Source of the DNA: Promethearchaeota archaeon
Lineage (GTDB): Archaea; Asgardarchaeota; Lokiarchaeia; Sigyniarchaeales; SOKP01
Length of the DNA stretch: 64,000 nucleotides
Reading direction: 5' to 3'
Assembly (NCBI GenBank): GCA_048940925.1
Contig: JBHLOC010000009.1
Coordinates: 45,867-109,866, forward strand
In this document: positions 40,827 through 51,811 of the stretch, one piece after another
Layout: each line of letters starts with the position of its first letter
Position numbering within the stretch: the stretch's first letter is position 1
The notes under the pieces: model-generated
The model's database searches: none
What the model was told of the DNA's origin: nothing
The model's input: only the letters and a program-made list of their open reading frames with translations
Position numbers and translations under genes: made by a program

Positions 40827-42980
40827 TTATTCATAATCCATGAGAAAATATACTAAATTATCTTGCTTTTTAAGATAACCTAAATTACATGCTTGATTAA
40901 AATGAACATAAAACTTACGATCGATTATTTCTTCTATACATGCAAGATCTTGGAATTTTTTAAACTCTAATTTTCCATTTTCACTATAAGTTTTAGCGAT
41001 TTTTATTAAAGTTCTTAAATTTTTATTTAAATAAGTCTTTTTAATTTGATGTAATTTAGATTTTTTACTTTTTAATTTAAGTACTTTATCTTTTAATGAG
41101 GGTAATTCCATTTTTATCAAATCTGAATAAAAAGTCACACCACATTTTTTAAGATTTTGAAATTCTTTGCTATTACAAAATTTATCTAATTGAGTAATTA
41201 TATCCTCAATTGAACGATTTGCTAAAAATTCCTTTTCCTTTTCTTTTCTATCTTTAAAATTAGTAATAATATCTAATTCTGAACTTTCAGAGTGTAGTTT
41301 AGGAAAAGTAATTCTTTTGCGATCAAGATTTTCTATTAGATTAATTTGTTCAGGAGAGGATAATACTGATTTCATAAATCCTTCTTTTCTTCTTGCAACA
41401 ATATGAAACGGAACATCAACCGTGTTTTCAGTTACAAGTATATAACATCTTCCTGGAGCAAATCTTCCAGTCCTTCCTCTTCTTTGAATTAACCGGATTT
41501 CAGAGGGAACAGGTTCATAAAAAATTATTGCATCTACATTAGGTATATCCAAACCCTCTTCTGCTACACTTGTAGCAATCAGGATATTAATTTTTCCCTC
41601 TCTGAATTTTTTTAGAATTTCAATTTGTTTATGTTGAGAAAATCCATTATCATCAATCTTATTTGTCTGGCCTATGAATTTTTCAACTTTTAATTGATTA
41701 TTAAATACATTGGCTAGTTTTCTTTTTAAATATTTAGCCATATCTCGATATTGAGTAAAAATTAAAAGTTTTTTATTATTAAATTCATTTTTTTCTTCTT
41801 TTATAATTGAAATTATCTTATTCATTTTAGGATGAGTTAATTTTGTTTGATCTTCCTTTTCTAATTCTGCTTTTATATGTTTAAAATGTTCTGAATTTAT
41901 AATTCTTTTAGCAGATAAGAAATTATCACTAGCCTTATCTTCAATTTTCTCTATAAATAATTTAAATACTGAAATATCTTGAGTTTCTAGTAAATCTTTA
42001 GCATGGAGGAGAGAAATACAGCTTGAACAATATGAGAAAATTGATTCTACATTAAGGTTTTTTTTTTTGACAACATCAATAATTTTTGGAGATTTATAAT
42101 AAAGATATTCCAAGAATTCTTCATCAGAAATTTCTAAGTTGTCACCTTTTTCATATCGCAGTGATAATGTTAAATCACGACTTATTCCTAGGAAATCTAA
42201 TTTTGAGTAGTATGGTTTATTAGGAGGTAATAATTTGCTCTTAATGAAAAATCTTAAGAATTTCTCAAAGAGATTTTGCCAAATTTCACTTAATTCCACT
42301 ATTTTTATAGGAAGGCTAATAAAATTTATATAAGTATCAATCTCGTATATATAATTTTTTACATCTTCATCTTCATAGTTTTTAAAGATAATATTTTCAA
42401 TATATAAATTATCACATATTTCTTGTATACGTTCATAATTCTTACCGGGTGAAGCAGTTAAACCGAGAATCAATGGATCATTACAAGTATCAATGTATTC
42501 TTTTGATAGGAAATTATATGCATAATTACCTTTAGTTTTATGAGCCTCATCAAAAACTATTAAGGATACTTGAGTTAAATCATATCGTCCTCTCATCAAA
42601 TCATTTTTTATGACTTGTGGAGTAGAAATAATAATTTTTGAATTTTTAAATTGAATAATTCGTTTTTCAGGAGTAATTTTTCCTGTAAGTAATGCGATTT
42701 CTTTTAAGTTAATATTAAGGAATTGTTCACAAGAATCCTTATGTTGTGAAACTAAGGGTCTTGTAGGTGCAAGAATTATTACTTTTGAATGTAAATATTT
42801 TTTAAGAGTATAATTAATTAATAGAATAGCGATTATTGTTTTACCTAAACCCGTTGGTAAGACTACCAATGAATTTTTATTCTTACAGGTACTTACAATA
42901 TTATTTTGATATTGTCGATAAAGAATGCGATTTTTTTTTAAAAATGGTCCATTGAAATAGTTCTGATGTTCTTTTTGCAT
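40827..42980 (-). CDS. Hef/FANCM/Mph1-like DEAH helicase (no ERCC4 nuclease domain seen)
   Basis: LPTGLGKT, APTRPLVSQH, FDEAHK, GLTASPG, ATSVAEEGLDIP, IQRRGRTGR. Confidence 0.9.
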   Translation of the reverse strand: MQKEHQNYFNGPFLKKNRILYRQYQNNIVSTCKNKNSLVVLPTGLGKTIIAILLINYTLKKYLHSKVIILAPTRPLVSQHKDSCEQFLNINLKEIALLTGKITPEKRIIQFKNSKIIISTPQVIKNDLMRGRYDLTQVSLIVFDEAHKTKGNYAYNFLSKEYIDTCNDPLILGLTASPGKNYERIQEICDNLYIENIIFKNYEDEDVKNYIYEIDTYINFISLPIKIVELSEIWQNLFEKFLRFFIKSKLLPPNKPYYSKLDFLGISRDLTLSLRYEKGDNLEISDEEFLEYLYYKSPKIIDVVKKKNLNVESIFSYCSSCISLLHAKDLLETQDISVFKLFIEKIEDKASDNFLSAKRIINSEHFKHIKAELEKEDQTKLTHPKMNKIISIIKEEKNEFNNKKLLIFTQYRDMAKYLKRKLANVFNNQLKVEKFIGQTNKIDDNGFSQHKQIEILKKFREGKINILIATSVAEEGLDIPNVDAIIFYEPVPSEIRLIQRRGRTGRFAPGRCYILVTENTVDVPFHIVARRKEGFMKSVLSSPEQINLIENLDRKRITFPKLHSESSELDIITNFKDRKEKEKEFLANRSIEDIITQLDKFCNSKEFQNLKKCGVTFYSDLIKMELPSLKDKVLKLKSKKSKLHQIKKTYLNKNLRTLIKIAKTYSENGKLEFKKFQDLACIEEIIDRKFYVHFNQACNLGYLKKQDNLVYFLMDYE

Positions 42981-43158
42981 ATTTAAAATACATTGAGATT
43001 AATTCTTTATAAAAATGATGTCGCTATAAGATTTTTATTATATTAATTCGAAGATTAACTTATAGAATTTGTTTATTAATTTAGAAATAATTTAATAAAT
43101 TCCAAGTAAAATGAGGATGATTTATTCCATCAGGAGTTATTCTTAAATTTAAGTTTAT

Positions 43159-44154
43159 TTAAAAGGGAAAAAACAATATTTTCTTTTTTAAGACTTTTCT
43201 TTTAATTTTATTTTGTTTTTCTAACATTTTTAGTATTAAAACCACCCAACTACGTGCTATCATTCGTTTAATTTTATTTTCAGAAAAATAAATAATTTTA
43301 ACGATATCATCTGGTGATAATCCTTTTTGTGGGTGTTTATAAATTACATTTAATACTTGTTTTTCTCTATCATGCATGCGTTCTAATATTGCAGTTAGAA
43401 TATCTTTTGGATTTTTAATAATTTCACCATGTGCCGGCAGAATTAATTTTAAATTTGGTAAATTTTTTAAATTTCGAATAGTTTCTAAGTATTCAGCTAT
43501 ATTTGATTCTGGTGGACCTAACCACGTTGATCTCATATTCAAAACGTTATCTCCCGAAAAGAGAATTCCTTTTTCTTTATTATAAAGGGAAATATGGTCT
43601 GGGCAATGACCTGGAGAAGAAAAAATTTTCCATATCTCACCATTAATCGAAATATCAGCATTTTCATTAATAATTTCGTCTGGATTATCAAAATAAGAAA
43701 GTCCAAATATCTTTTTATAAAATGTCTTCTCTCCGAAATTACGAAGATAATTCCGGATTTTACTCATGTATTTTTTTCTAATTTTTAAATAATCTTCATA
43801 GTCATCAGCTTGATAGCTATTATTGAAACTAATTCTATCCTTTATTACTCTAGCTATTTTTTCGGTTAATACAACTTTTATGTTTAATCTAGTACTTATC
43901 GCTTTTAAACCACTAAAATGGTCTGAATGCGCGTGAGACACGATTATACGAGTTATTTGGAACTCTATGTGTCGATCTTTATAATGAGTCTCAATTTCTT
44001 CAAAAGATTTAAAGAATTGTTTTAATGCTTTTTTATCTCCATACCCTGCATCATAGATTATACCGTCATTCCCTGCTAAAATATAGATATTATCTGAAGG
44101 TCTGAATCTACCCTTTTCCTCAATTAAAAAAATTCCAGGATATACTTCGTTCAT
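43159..44154 (-). CDS. MBL-fold metallohydrolase with C-terminal winged helix
   Basis: SHAHSDH, PGHCPDH, FSGD, PAHG. Confidence 0.88.
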   Translation of the reverse strand: MNEVYPGIFLIEEKGRFRPSDNIYILAGNDGIIYDAGYGDKKALKQFFKSFEEIETHYKDRHIEFQITRIIVSHAHSDHFSGLKAISTRLNIKVVLTEKIARVIKDRISFNNSYQADDYEDYLKIRKKYMSKIRNYLRNFGEKTFYKKIFGLSYFDNPDEIINENADISINGEIWKIFSSPGHCPDHISLYNKEKGILFSGDNVLNMRSTWLGPPESNIAEYLETIRNLKNLPNLKLILPAHGEIIKNPKDILTAILERMHDREKQVLNVIYKHPQKGLSPDDIVKIIYFSENKIKRMIARSWVVLILKMLEKQNKIKRKVLKKKILFFPF

Positions 44155-44208
44155 AATCTCATAAAGGAAAAAAAGTGAAATTGTTAAATTTTTATTTAAT
44201 ATTAATAA

Positions 44209-45414
44209 TTAAAAAAAGGTAGGCTCTCCTTCAAACTCTATTTTTTTTGGCTGCATTTCAGCTGTTTCTTCAGGAGATAAAATCTCAATCAATTCATAAT
44301 TGGAGTTTCCTACACCCATTTTCTCTAGAAATCTTACACTCTCATATGGATCCTTATATGGACCATGTAATCTCGTAAATGGATGGATATCATCTTTAGG
44401 ATCAAGATTAACATCTTTAAAATAGGGAGGTATGTTTTTTTCAATTATTCCCTCCTTTTTTATTAAATCAAGCGTTGCGGTTTCAATTGCAATAATATCT
44501 TTTGAACCTAATAGTCCTATATCATTGATAATAGAAGGTTGCCCCATACCCATACAATCACAGAAAGTTGTTATTTGAATTAAGAAATTTAAGTAAAATA
44601 CTTTTTCGGGTTTAAAGGTTTCAAGCACTTTTTGTGTAGAGATAGCCATCATTTCTTGAAATGCTGTATAGCTTTCTCTTGGAAGTCTAACCGCTCCTAT
44701 GTCGTGATCAATTTCTAAACATGTTAAACATTGGCGACAATTATGATAATTGCGTATCAAATCACCCTTTCCTTCGTTATATGTAAGAGCTCCATACGGA
44801 CAAGCATCAACAAGTTTTTTTGCATGTTCAGGTGATCCTTTCTCTTTATCCCAATATTTATCAATTTGTGCCACACCATGAATTTTCCTCCATCGTGTCG
44901 GTCCTGAATATCCTCCAAGAGCTAAATTCTTAATAGCTCCCCCATAACCAGAAGCACCATGTCCTTTAGCATGAGATAAATCAACCAATACATCTGCATC
45001 CTTTAACACACCTCCCATTTCGAGAGAATCAAACCCTCTAAAGCTGATTTCTACAGGAGTTGTATAACCGTCTTTCACGCCAGCAATTGGAATCAGTGGA
45101 CATCCGCAAGTTTCTTGAGTGTAGCCCCTATTTACTGCATTATATACCGCAGTTGGATTATCTGTAATGAAAGGATACCCTCCTGTTTTTTTCAAGGCTT
45201 CAACAATACGCCGTACAAAGAAAACAGGAATAGTTTGATACCCATCATAATAACCTAAATGCATTTTTACGGCTATTTTATCTTTCTCTTCAATTTCAAT
45301 CTGATTTATTAGCATTTCAGTGATCTTGTCTACTTTTGCTGCAAATGAAGCAAATAATGCGATTTTACCATGTTGGACTGAGCCAAAATAGACTTTAGAT
45401 TTTTCAGCATGCAT
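44209..45414 (-). CDS. DUF362 Fe-S protein
   Basis: AVKMHLG, LSHAKGH...GGAIKNLALG, CDC, DIIAIETA. Confidence 0.85.
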   Translation of the reverse strand: MHAEKSKVYFGSVQHGKIALFASFAAKVDKITEMLINQIEIEEKDKIAVKMHLGYYDGYQTIPVFFVRRIVEALKKTGGYPFITDNPTAVYNAVNRGYTQETCGCPLIPIAGVKDGYTTPVEISFRGFDSLEMGGVLKDADVLVDLSHAKGHGASGYGGAIKNLALGGYSGPTRWRKIHGVAQIDKYWDKEKGSPEHAKKLVDACPYGALTYNEGKGDLIRNYHNCRQCLTCLEIDHDIGAVRLPRESYTAFQEMMAISTQKVLETFKPEKVFYLNFLIQITTFCDCMGMGQPSIINDIGLLGSKDIIAIETATLDLIKKEGIIEKNIPPYFKDVNLDPKDDIHPFTRLHGPYKDPYESVRFLEKMGVGNSNYELIEILSPEETAEMQPKKIEFEGEPTFF

Positions 45415-45489
45415 TATAATCTAATTTAATTCTATCTGCTATTTTTATTACTTAAGACTATAAGAAAAGGATAAAAAAAGTTTATGATT

Positions 45490-45910
45490 CTAAATTTTAA
45501 GTATTTGTTTTGCATTTTCATAAAAGATTTGCTTCTTAAATCCTTCTGAAATCGGTAAATCGTTTACCGCAGGAAGAGTTTCATTCCAATTTAGCAATGG
45601 ATGGTTACTTGCATATAATACCTTATGTTCAAGGTTATTAACAATAATGGCATCCCATGGAAAATATTTATAAACAAAGGGTCTATTAGAAACATCTATA
45701 TAAACATTGGGATGTCTAGAAATTACTGAAAAAGCTTCCCAAAACTAGGAAAACCCAGGTGATCCGTTATTATTTTTAATTCATGATGCCTTGTTGCCAT
45801 ATCATTTACTAATAAGGGGTGACCGAATTTCGTTTGAGCTAGAATTACTGATTTTTGATCAGCGATATGAATTTATAAAAGTACATTTAAATCAATCATT
45901 TTCTTCCAAA
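45490..45910 (-). pseudogene. Decayed C-terminal half of an amidohydrolase paralog
   Basis: WKKMIDLNVLL*IH...GHPLLVNDMATRHHELKII..HLGF, then a frameshift, then WEAFSVISRHPNVYIDVS...FPWDA...ENAKQILKI*. Colinear with the C-terminal half of 45911..46768. Confidence 0.8.
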
Positions 45911-46768
45911 TTAGATAAGTTTTAATAATTTAGTAGCATTTTTCTCTAAAATTGCGTTTTTCAAGGAATCAGAAATTTGAATTTTATCAAAAGCATTGAA
46001 AATTTCACTATAGTGTTTTAAAGGATAATCTGAAGCAAAAAGTATTTTATGCGATAGATTTTCTGTAATAAATGCATCCCAAGGGAACCAATTGTAAAGG
46101 TTAGGATAAGCAGATATGTCAATATAAACGTTTTCATGTCTCATTACTACAGACCAAGCATCCCACATCCATGGAACCCCCATATGACCTATAATAATTT
46201 TCAATTCTTTGTGTCTTAGAGCAATGTCATCTATTAATAAAGGATGACCGTATCGAGCAATAGATCCATAAAATGAACCCTGATGACCTCCATGAGTCCA
46301 TAATGGAATATCTAGGTCAACCATTTTCTTCCACAATATATCATATTTTCTTTCAGAAATGTCAAATTTTTGAGCTGGTGGAACTAACTTAATACCTTTA
46401 AGGTTTAGAGAATTAATAGCATATTCAAGTTGCTCTAATGCATCTGCTGCAGGAACATCAATACAAGCAAATCCAATAAATTTATCAGGAAATCTTTTTA
46501 CAAAATCTGCTACATCTTCATTTGATACCATGATAAATCCGTAAGCAGAAGAAACATTGAGTGATACGATGACTGCTTTTTTGATATTAAATTTATCCAT
46601 TATTGCTACATAATCTTCTAATGTATAAACTTCCATTATAGCTTTTAACATACGATTTATTCTTTTTAACTTAATAGGATTGAGACCGCTCATCGCATCA
46701 GCAATCTTTCTCTTATCACCATAGTGAGCTTCTTTGCAGAAGGGGTGAACATGCATATCTATAACCAT
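45911..46768 (-). CDS. Amidohydrolase_2 family protein
   Basis: IDMHVH, KGIKL, GHMG, NVYIDIS, KILFASDYP. Confidence 0.9.
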   Translation of the reverse strand: MVIDMHVHPFCKEAHYGDKRKIADAMSGLNPIKLKRINRMLKAIMEVYTLEDYVAIMDKFNIKKAVIVSLNVSSAYGFIMVSNEDVADFVKRFPDKFIGFACIDVPAADALEQLEYAINSLNLKGIKLVPPAQKFDISERKYDILWKKMVDLDIPLWTHGGHQGSFYGSIARYGHPLLIDDIALRHKELKIIIGHMGVPWMWDAWSVVMRHENVYIDISAYPNLYNWFPWDAFITENLSHKILFASDYPLKHYSEIFNAFDKIQISDSLKNAILEKNATKLLKLI

Positions 46769-46923
46769 AATAAATTCACTCCCAAATATTTACTCAAGAA
46801 TAATCAATAATTATCTAAAAAAGTAAGAGAACATATAAAAAAATTGATATCCAATAGTTATATATAATATTTGCATCCTCTATTTCCTATTTACATACAA
46901 ATTCTAATCCATAGAAAAAAAAA

Positions 46924-47664
46924 ATGAAACTTGTTAATATAAAGAAAATTGCTGTTATAGCAGATATCCATGCAAATAAATATGCTTTAACAACATTTAT
47001 TAATTATATTGAGAGTGAATTAAAGGTTGATTACATATTAAATTTAGGAGATTTTCTTCAGATTGGTCCTCATCCTAAAGTTATAACAGAGGTTATCCTT
47101 TCAGATGATAGATTTATTAATATTTTAGGAAATAATGAAATTGTCATAACTGAAAAGGCGAATATTGAAACACGTGAAGAAGAATTGAAGCATCGAAAAT
47201 GGATTGAAAACCTATTGAATTCTGATTTATTAGAGAAGGTTCGAAACTTACCAACATCAAGAAATCTGGAAATTAATAATATGAAGTTGTTTATGGTTCA
47301 TTCCAGAAAAATTGATAATCAATTTCAAAATACATGGAAGTTACCCCTATTATATCAAGGGAAATCTTTAGATGATTTTATAAAAGATTATCCAGATAAA
47401 GCTGAAATAATCTTATTCGGACATACTCACGAACAACTTTTTTTAAATAGAAAGAATAAAATTTTTGTCAATCCTGGTTCTTTATGATGTTCAGTATTTC
47501 CCTCTACGATATCCTTTTGTATAATTGAGCCAAATATAAATGGATGGAATTTTCTCTTTAAGAACTTAAAATATGATGAATCTAAATTAAAAAGTGATTA
47601 TATCAGACTTAAAGTTCCAGATAGAAAGTTTATTCTGAAAAATTTTTACGGAATTGATATTTAA
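46924..47664 (+). pseudogene. YfcE-like metallophosphoesterase with internal TGA at 47485-47487
   Basis: ADIHAN, LGD, GNNE, GHTH, NPGSL*. The frame continues for 58 more codons to TAA at 47662-47664. Confidence 0.7.
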
Positions 47665-47774
47665 TAATATATTTCTCCTTTTTTCCTAATGTTTGTTAAT
47701 TATTTAAATTGGATAGTTACTTCTTTTACCTTATAATATTAAAATGAAATACAATAAAAAAATCATGATTTAAA

Positions 47775-48224
47775 ATGTATTGCCCTAATTGTGGTTCAGA
47801 AAATCCTGATAATGCTCAATTTTGTACATATTGTGGATCAAAATTGGATCAACCAGTAACTCCACAGAGTCAACCAACACAACCTATGCCGCCAACACAA
47901 CCATATCAAGGAACTCCCGTGACTCAACCAGCACCATCAAGACCGACAGGCGGCGCAATAGCTGCTGTTATTATTGTAGTAATAGTTGGAATTGTACTAA
48001 TATATTTTGGAGCATCCTACCTTTATATCTTCCCTACTTTTGGAATTTCAATGCTTGTAATAGCCTCTATTATTATTCTTTGTATATTATGTAGTTGTTG
48101 TAGTATGGGGGGTCGTCGTCGTCGTAGAGGTATTGGATATTATGGTGGTGGTTGTGATGGTGGTGGTGGTGATTGTGATGGAGGTTGTTGTGATTGTGGT
48201 GACTGTGATTGTGCTGGTTCCTAA
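47775..48224 (+). CDS. Zinc-ribbon membrane protein with Cys/Gly/Asp-rich tail
   Basis: CPNCG...FCTYCG, P/Q linker, 2 TM, RRRRR, then GCDGGGGDCDGGCCDCGDCDCAGS. Confidence 0.8.
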   Translation: MYCPNCGSENPDNAQFCTYCGSKLDQPVTPQSQPTQPMPPTQPYQGTPVTQPAPSRPTGGAIAAVIIVVIVGIVLIYFGASYLYIFPTFGISMLVIASIIILCILCSCCSMGGRRRRRGIGYYGGGCDGGGGDCDGGCCDCGDCDCAGS

Positions 48225-48288
48225 ATAAATATAAAGATTCAACACTCTCAAATAAACATTTAAATAACCAAATTTTCTATTTTATGTT

Positions 48289-48780
48289 TTGAACAGGAAG
48301 ATGAATCCTTTGAAAGATGACCTTCGAAAAGACAAAAGAATTATTATCAAATGGCTAGCACATCATAATCCAAACCGTGATGATTTCAATGACCATGTTT
48401 TTTATATATTCAACTATGCTGTATGCATAGGTTGTTTTTCTTTTTTTTTGGGCGTCATTATAGCATTACTTTTAGGTAATATTTTTTATTATTATATCAT
48501 AAATTTTGTTAACTTTCCAATAGCTCTTACTTTTTTCATCTTCTGCTGGCTTCCTTCAATTTCTCAATACTCAATTCAAATAATAAAAAACAAGCCACTT
48601 AAAAATCGAAAATTGAAATTTCTTTTTCGGTTTTTGTATCCAGTTGGAAGCATCCTATTTATATTTAAATCCCCACTATGGGGTTTTACCCTTTCGATTC
48701 CCGCAGGATTATTAATAGTAGTAGTTCGAAAGAAATATTATAAAATTAAAATAAAAAAAAGAAAAGAAATGAATGTTTAA
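48289..48780 (+). CDS. DUF2085-like membrane protein
   Basis: AHH...FYIFNYAVCIGC followed by TM helices. Confidence 0.55.
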   Translation: MNRKMNPLKDDLRKDKRIIIKWLAHHNPNRDDFNDHVFYIFNYAVCIGCFSFFLGVIIALLLGNIFYYYIINFVNFPIALTFFIFCWLPSISQYSIQIIKNKPLKNRKLKFLFRFLYPVGSILFIFKSPLWGFTLSIPAGLLIVVVRKKYYKIKIKKRKEMNV

Positions 48781-48805
48781 TTATATGAATAATAAGATTC
48801 TTTTC

Positions 48806-50671
48806 TCAAAATTGATATTTTCCTGCAGTTATTCCTTGAAAAATATCTTCTGTTAGAGGAATATACTCAGAACTGTTTGGTAAAAGTACATATAATGGAT
48901 CATTTATCTCTTTAATATTATATCCTTCTTTTTTTAGTGTAATTTTCTTAATCTTAAAAGTAGCAGTGAAACTAAATTCATTAACAATTCGTACAAACTT
49001 AGGAATAGCATAATGTGGTATATTTTTTTGTAAAAAGTTCAATAATGCATTCAAATCAATTTCCCTATCAGTGCTTTTATGTACAGATACCATACCTGCA
49101 CGACCCTCAGTATGTGGAATTATGACTCCATACACAGAGCACATATCAATTTGTTCAAAAGTGTTAATTATCGATTCAACTTCTTCCGTAGATACATTTT
49201 CACCCTTCCATCTAAATGTATCACCTAATCGGTCTACGAATTGAACATGGCGATACCCAATATCTCTTAAAATATCTCCTGTATTGATATACATATCCCC
49301 ATTTCTAAATACATTGCGAAATACTTTTTTCTCAGTTGCTTTTTCATCTTTATACATATAAAAATTATCGGGGTCTCTTATTTGACCAAGTAATAATCCA
49401 ATCTCACCTATTTTTATTCTTTTCATGCGTCCTTTCTCATTTCTGATTGGCTTATCTGATTTAAAATCATATTTTACTATCGCATAAGGGGTTAAACATA
49501 CTCCACAAGTCATATCAATATTATGCATATTAGCAAAATTCGGAGTAAAATCTTCTGTTGCTCCATAAAACTCTCTTATTTCTTCAATATTAAATCTTTT
49601 TTTAAAATTTAACCAAATATCGGATTTAAGCCCATTCCCAACTATCTTTACAACAGGATTGTCCGCATCATTTGATTTTGGAGGTTGGTTATACAAATAC
49701 CTACATATTTCTCCTACATAATTAAAACATGTAGCATTGTATTTTCGAATTTCATCCCAAAATTTACTTACACTAAATTTTCTGGCTAAAACCATTGCAG
49801 ATCCATTATAAAGCGCTGCAGCAAAAGCTACTTTTATCCCATGACTATGAAATAATGGTGTTGTGATGTATATTATATCATCAGTATCCATTCCAATTAT
49901 CATTCCTCCAAACCACCTCATTGCAGTTAAAATCGATCTATTTTTTAATATCGCAGCCTTTGGAAGTCCTGTCGTTCCTGATGTAAAAATATAAACAAAT
50001 GGATCTGTCATTAAAATCTCTGAGGTTGTAGGAGGATTATTAGTATTAGAATTTTTAATACAATCTTTAAGATTGATGTATCCTTTTGGTATGTTATATT
50101 CACCTTTATCAGGCAGAAAAAAGAGATTTTTTCTTTGTTCTTCAGATAACCTTAGTTTAGGTTTAACATCATCAAACACTTGAATAACCTCTTCTCCAAT
50201 AATATATACTCTTCCGGGAGTATGTGTTATACTGTGAATAAGTGAACTTTTACGTAGATTGGTATTAATTAATGAAGAAATGACCCCTAATTTACCCAAT
50301 GCTAAAATTATAAACAAATATTCTGGACGATTTTCCACGAATATAACAGCTACATCTCCACGTTTTAAACCGAAGTTAATAAAGAAATTAGTATAACGAT
50401 TAATCCATTCATTAAACTCTTTATGAGTATATTTTTCATCTTCATATAGTAGAGCTAATTTATCAGAATATTCAATTGCATTTTCTTCAATTCGAAGCCC
50501 TATAGAACGTTTTGGATCAAATCGATATTCACCCATGGTTTCCATAGCTTCCCTTATCAGAGCAATCTTAGCAAACCTCGATGGTTGGATTTTGGTTTTA
50601 TATATTTCTTCAGATATGATATATTGTTGCGTTTTTTCTTCTTTTTGATTTGTTTTGTCTGAATCCGACAT
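48806..50671 (-). CDS. Long-chain acyl-CoA synthetase, FATP/FadD6-like
   Basis: YIFTSGTTGLPKAA, EFYGATE, DRLGDTFRWKGENVST. Confidence 0.92.
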   Translation of the reverse strand: MSDSDKTNQKEEKTQQYIISEEIYKTKIQPSRFAKIALIREAMETMGEYRFDPKRSIGLRIEENAIEYSDKLALLYEDEKYTHKEFNEWINRYTNFFINFGLKRGDVAVIFVENRPEYLFIILALGKLGVISSLINTNLRKSSLIHSITHTPGRVYIIGEEVIQVFDDVKPKLRLSEEQRKNLFFLPDKGEYNIPKGYINLKDCIKNSNTNNPPTTSEILMTDPFVYIFTSGTTGLPKAAILKNRSILTAMRWFGGMIIGMDTDDIIYITTPLFHSHGIKVAFAAALYNGSAMVLARKFSVSKFWDEIRKYNATCFNYVGEICRYLYNQPPKSNDADNPVVKIVGNGLKSDIWLNFKKRFNIEEIREFYGATEDFTPNFANMHNIDMTCGVCLTPYAIVKYDFKSDKPIRNEKGRMKRIKIGEIGLLLGQIRDPDNFYMYKDEKATEKKVFRNVFRNGDMYINTGDILRDIGYRHVQFVDRLGDTFRWKGENVSTEEVESIINTFEQIDMCSVYGVIIPHTEGRAGMVSVHKSTDREIDLNALLNFLQKNIPHYAIPKFVRIVNEFSFTATFKIKKITLKKEGYNIKEINDPLYVLLPNSSEYIPLTEDIFQGITAGKYQF

Positions 50672-50899
50672 TTCTAAAGTTAACCCATTGATTAATTTTA
50701 TGTTATGTTTGATATTTTTAATATTTTAGATGAGCAAAATATCTCGTTATATCTTACTATTCCTATTTTAATATAAAAATTTATTTTAATTATTTAATAA
50801 AAAAAGATGGTTTTTAAATACTGAATTGGGATCAATATATTCAACAATTCTAAAAATTTAGATTTATTGCTTCAATGAAGATTTATAAAGAAAAATGGG

Positions 50900-51802
50900 T
50901 TGTTCCACATTTCTGAAGAAAAAATTGATATACTTTTACTTATCCCTTGTTTTAATGAAGAAGAAAACATTGAACATATATTAGAACATCTCCGTTATGT
51001 AAAACAAAATCTGAAAAAAAGAGGTGAATTTAATCTGGAAATCCTTATCATAAATGATGGATCTACTGACAGAACCATGCAAGTCTTGGAGAAAAACAAT
51101 CAAGATTCCTTTTTTAATATTATGAACTTTAATGAAAACAAAGGATATGGTTATACGCTTTTGAGTGGTTTTAAATATGCTAAAACAATGAATTTTTCTT
51201 GGATAATATCATTCGATATGGATGGCCAACATGAACCAAAATGTTTAAATAAATTTATTGAATTAATCCTAGAAAATCCACTAGAGCAAATTATTTCTGG
51301 TTCACGATATAAAAATTCAGATCTATTCTGGCAAAACCCGTGGAAAGATAGATTTCTTGTTAATACAATTATCACAGGAATTCTCAATACTGTCGGACTT
51401 TCTATTACAGATGCATTTTGTGGATTGAAAGCATATAATTGCGACGCAATTAATGACTTGGAATTAAAAGTAAACGGTTATGAAATACCCATCGAAATCT
51501 GGATTAAGTCAATGAAAAAGGGATATTTGTTTATTGAAATAGGAGTTCCAGTCATCTATAAAGATAGAGATGCAATTTTAAAAAACGCAAAAGATTATTT
51601 TTTGCTTCAAAAAGGAGAAGAAAGAATTGAAAATTATATTCATTTAATTGAATCACTTTTGGATACTTCTCTAAAAACAAAAATTAATGTTTATAAATCA
51701 ATTTTTTCAAATTATTTCAATAATGTGGATGAAATAAATAAAAACAATTTTAAAAAAATACAAGAAACAATATTTACACAAATTAGAGAATTAGAAACTT
51801 AG
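50900..51802 (+). CDS. Glycosyltransferase family 2 (DPM1-like)
   Basis: IPCFNEE, INDGSTD, NKGYG, DMDGQH, SGSRY, ITDAFCGLKAY. Confidence 0.88.
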   Translation: MFHISEEKIDILLLIPCFNEEENIEHILEHLRYVKQNLKKRGEFNLEILIINDGSTDRTMQVLEKNNQDSFFNIMNFNENKGYGYTLLSGFKYAKTMNFSWIISFDMDGQHEPKCLNKFIELILENPLEQIISGSRYKNSDLFWQNPWKDRFLVNTIITGILNTVGLSITDAFCGLKAYNCDAINDLELKVNGYEIPIEIWIKSMKKGYLFIEIGVPVIYKDRDAILKNAKDYFLLQKGEERIENYIHLIESLLDTSLKTKINVYKSIFSNYFNNVDEINKNNFKKIQETIFTQIRELET

Positions 51803-51811
51803 TAGATTAAT

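Noticed and set aside
47485-47760. Selenocysteine at the TGA
   Set aside because: The position corresponds to a conserved Gly rather than Cys, and I see no SECIS-like hairpin downstream.
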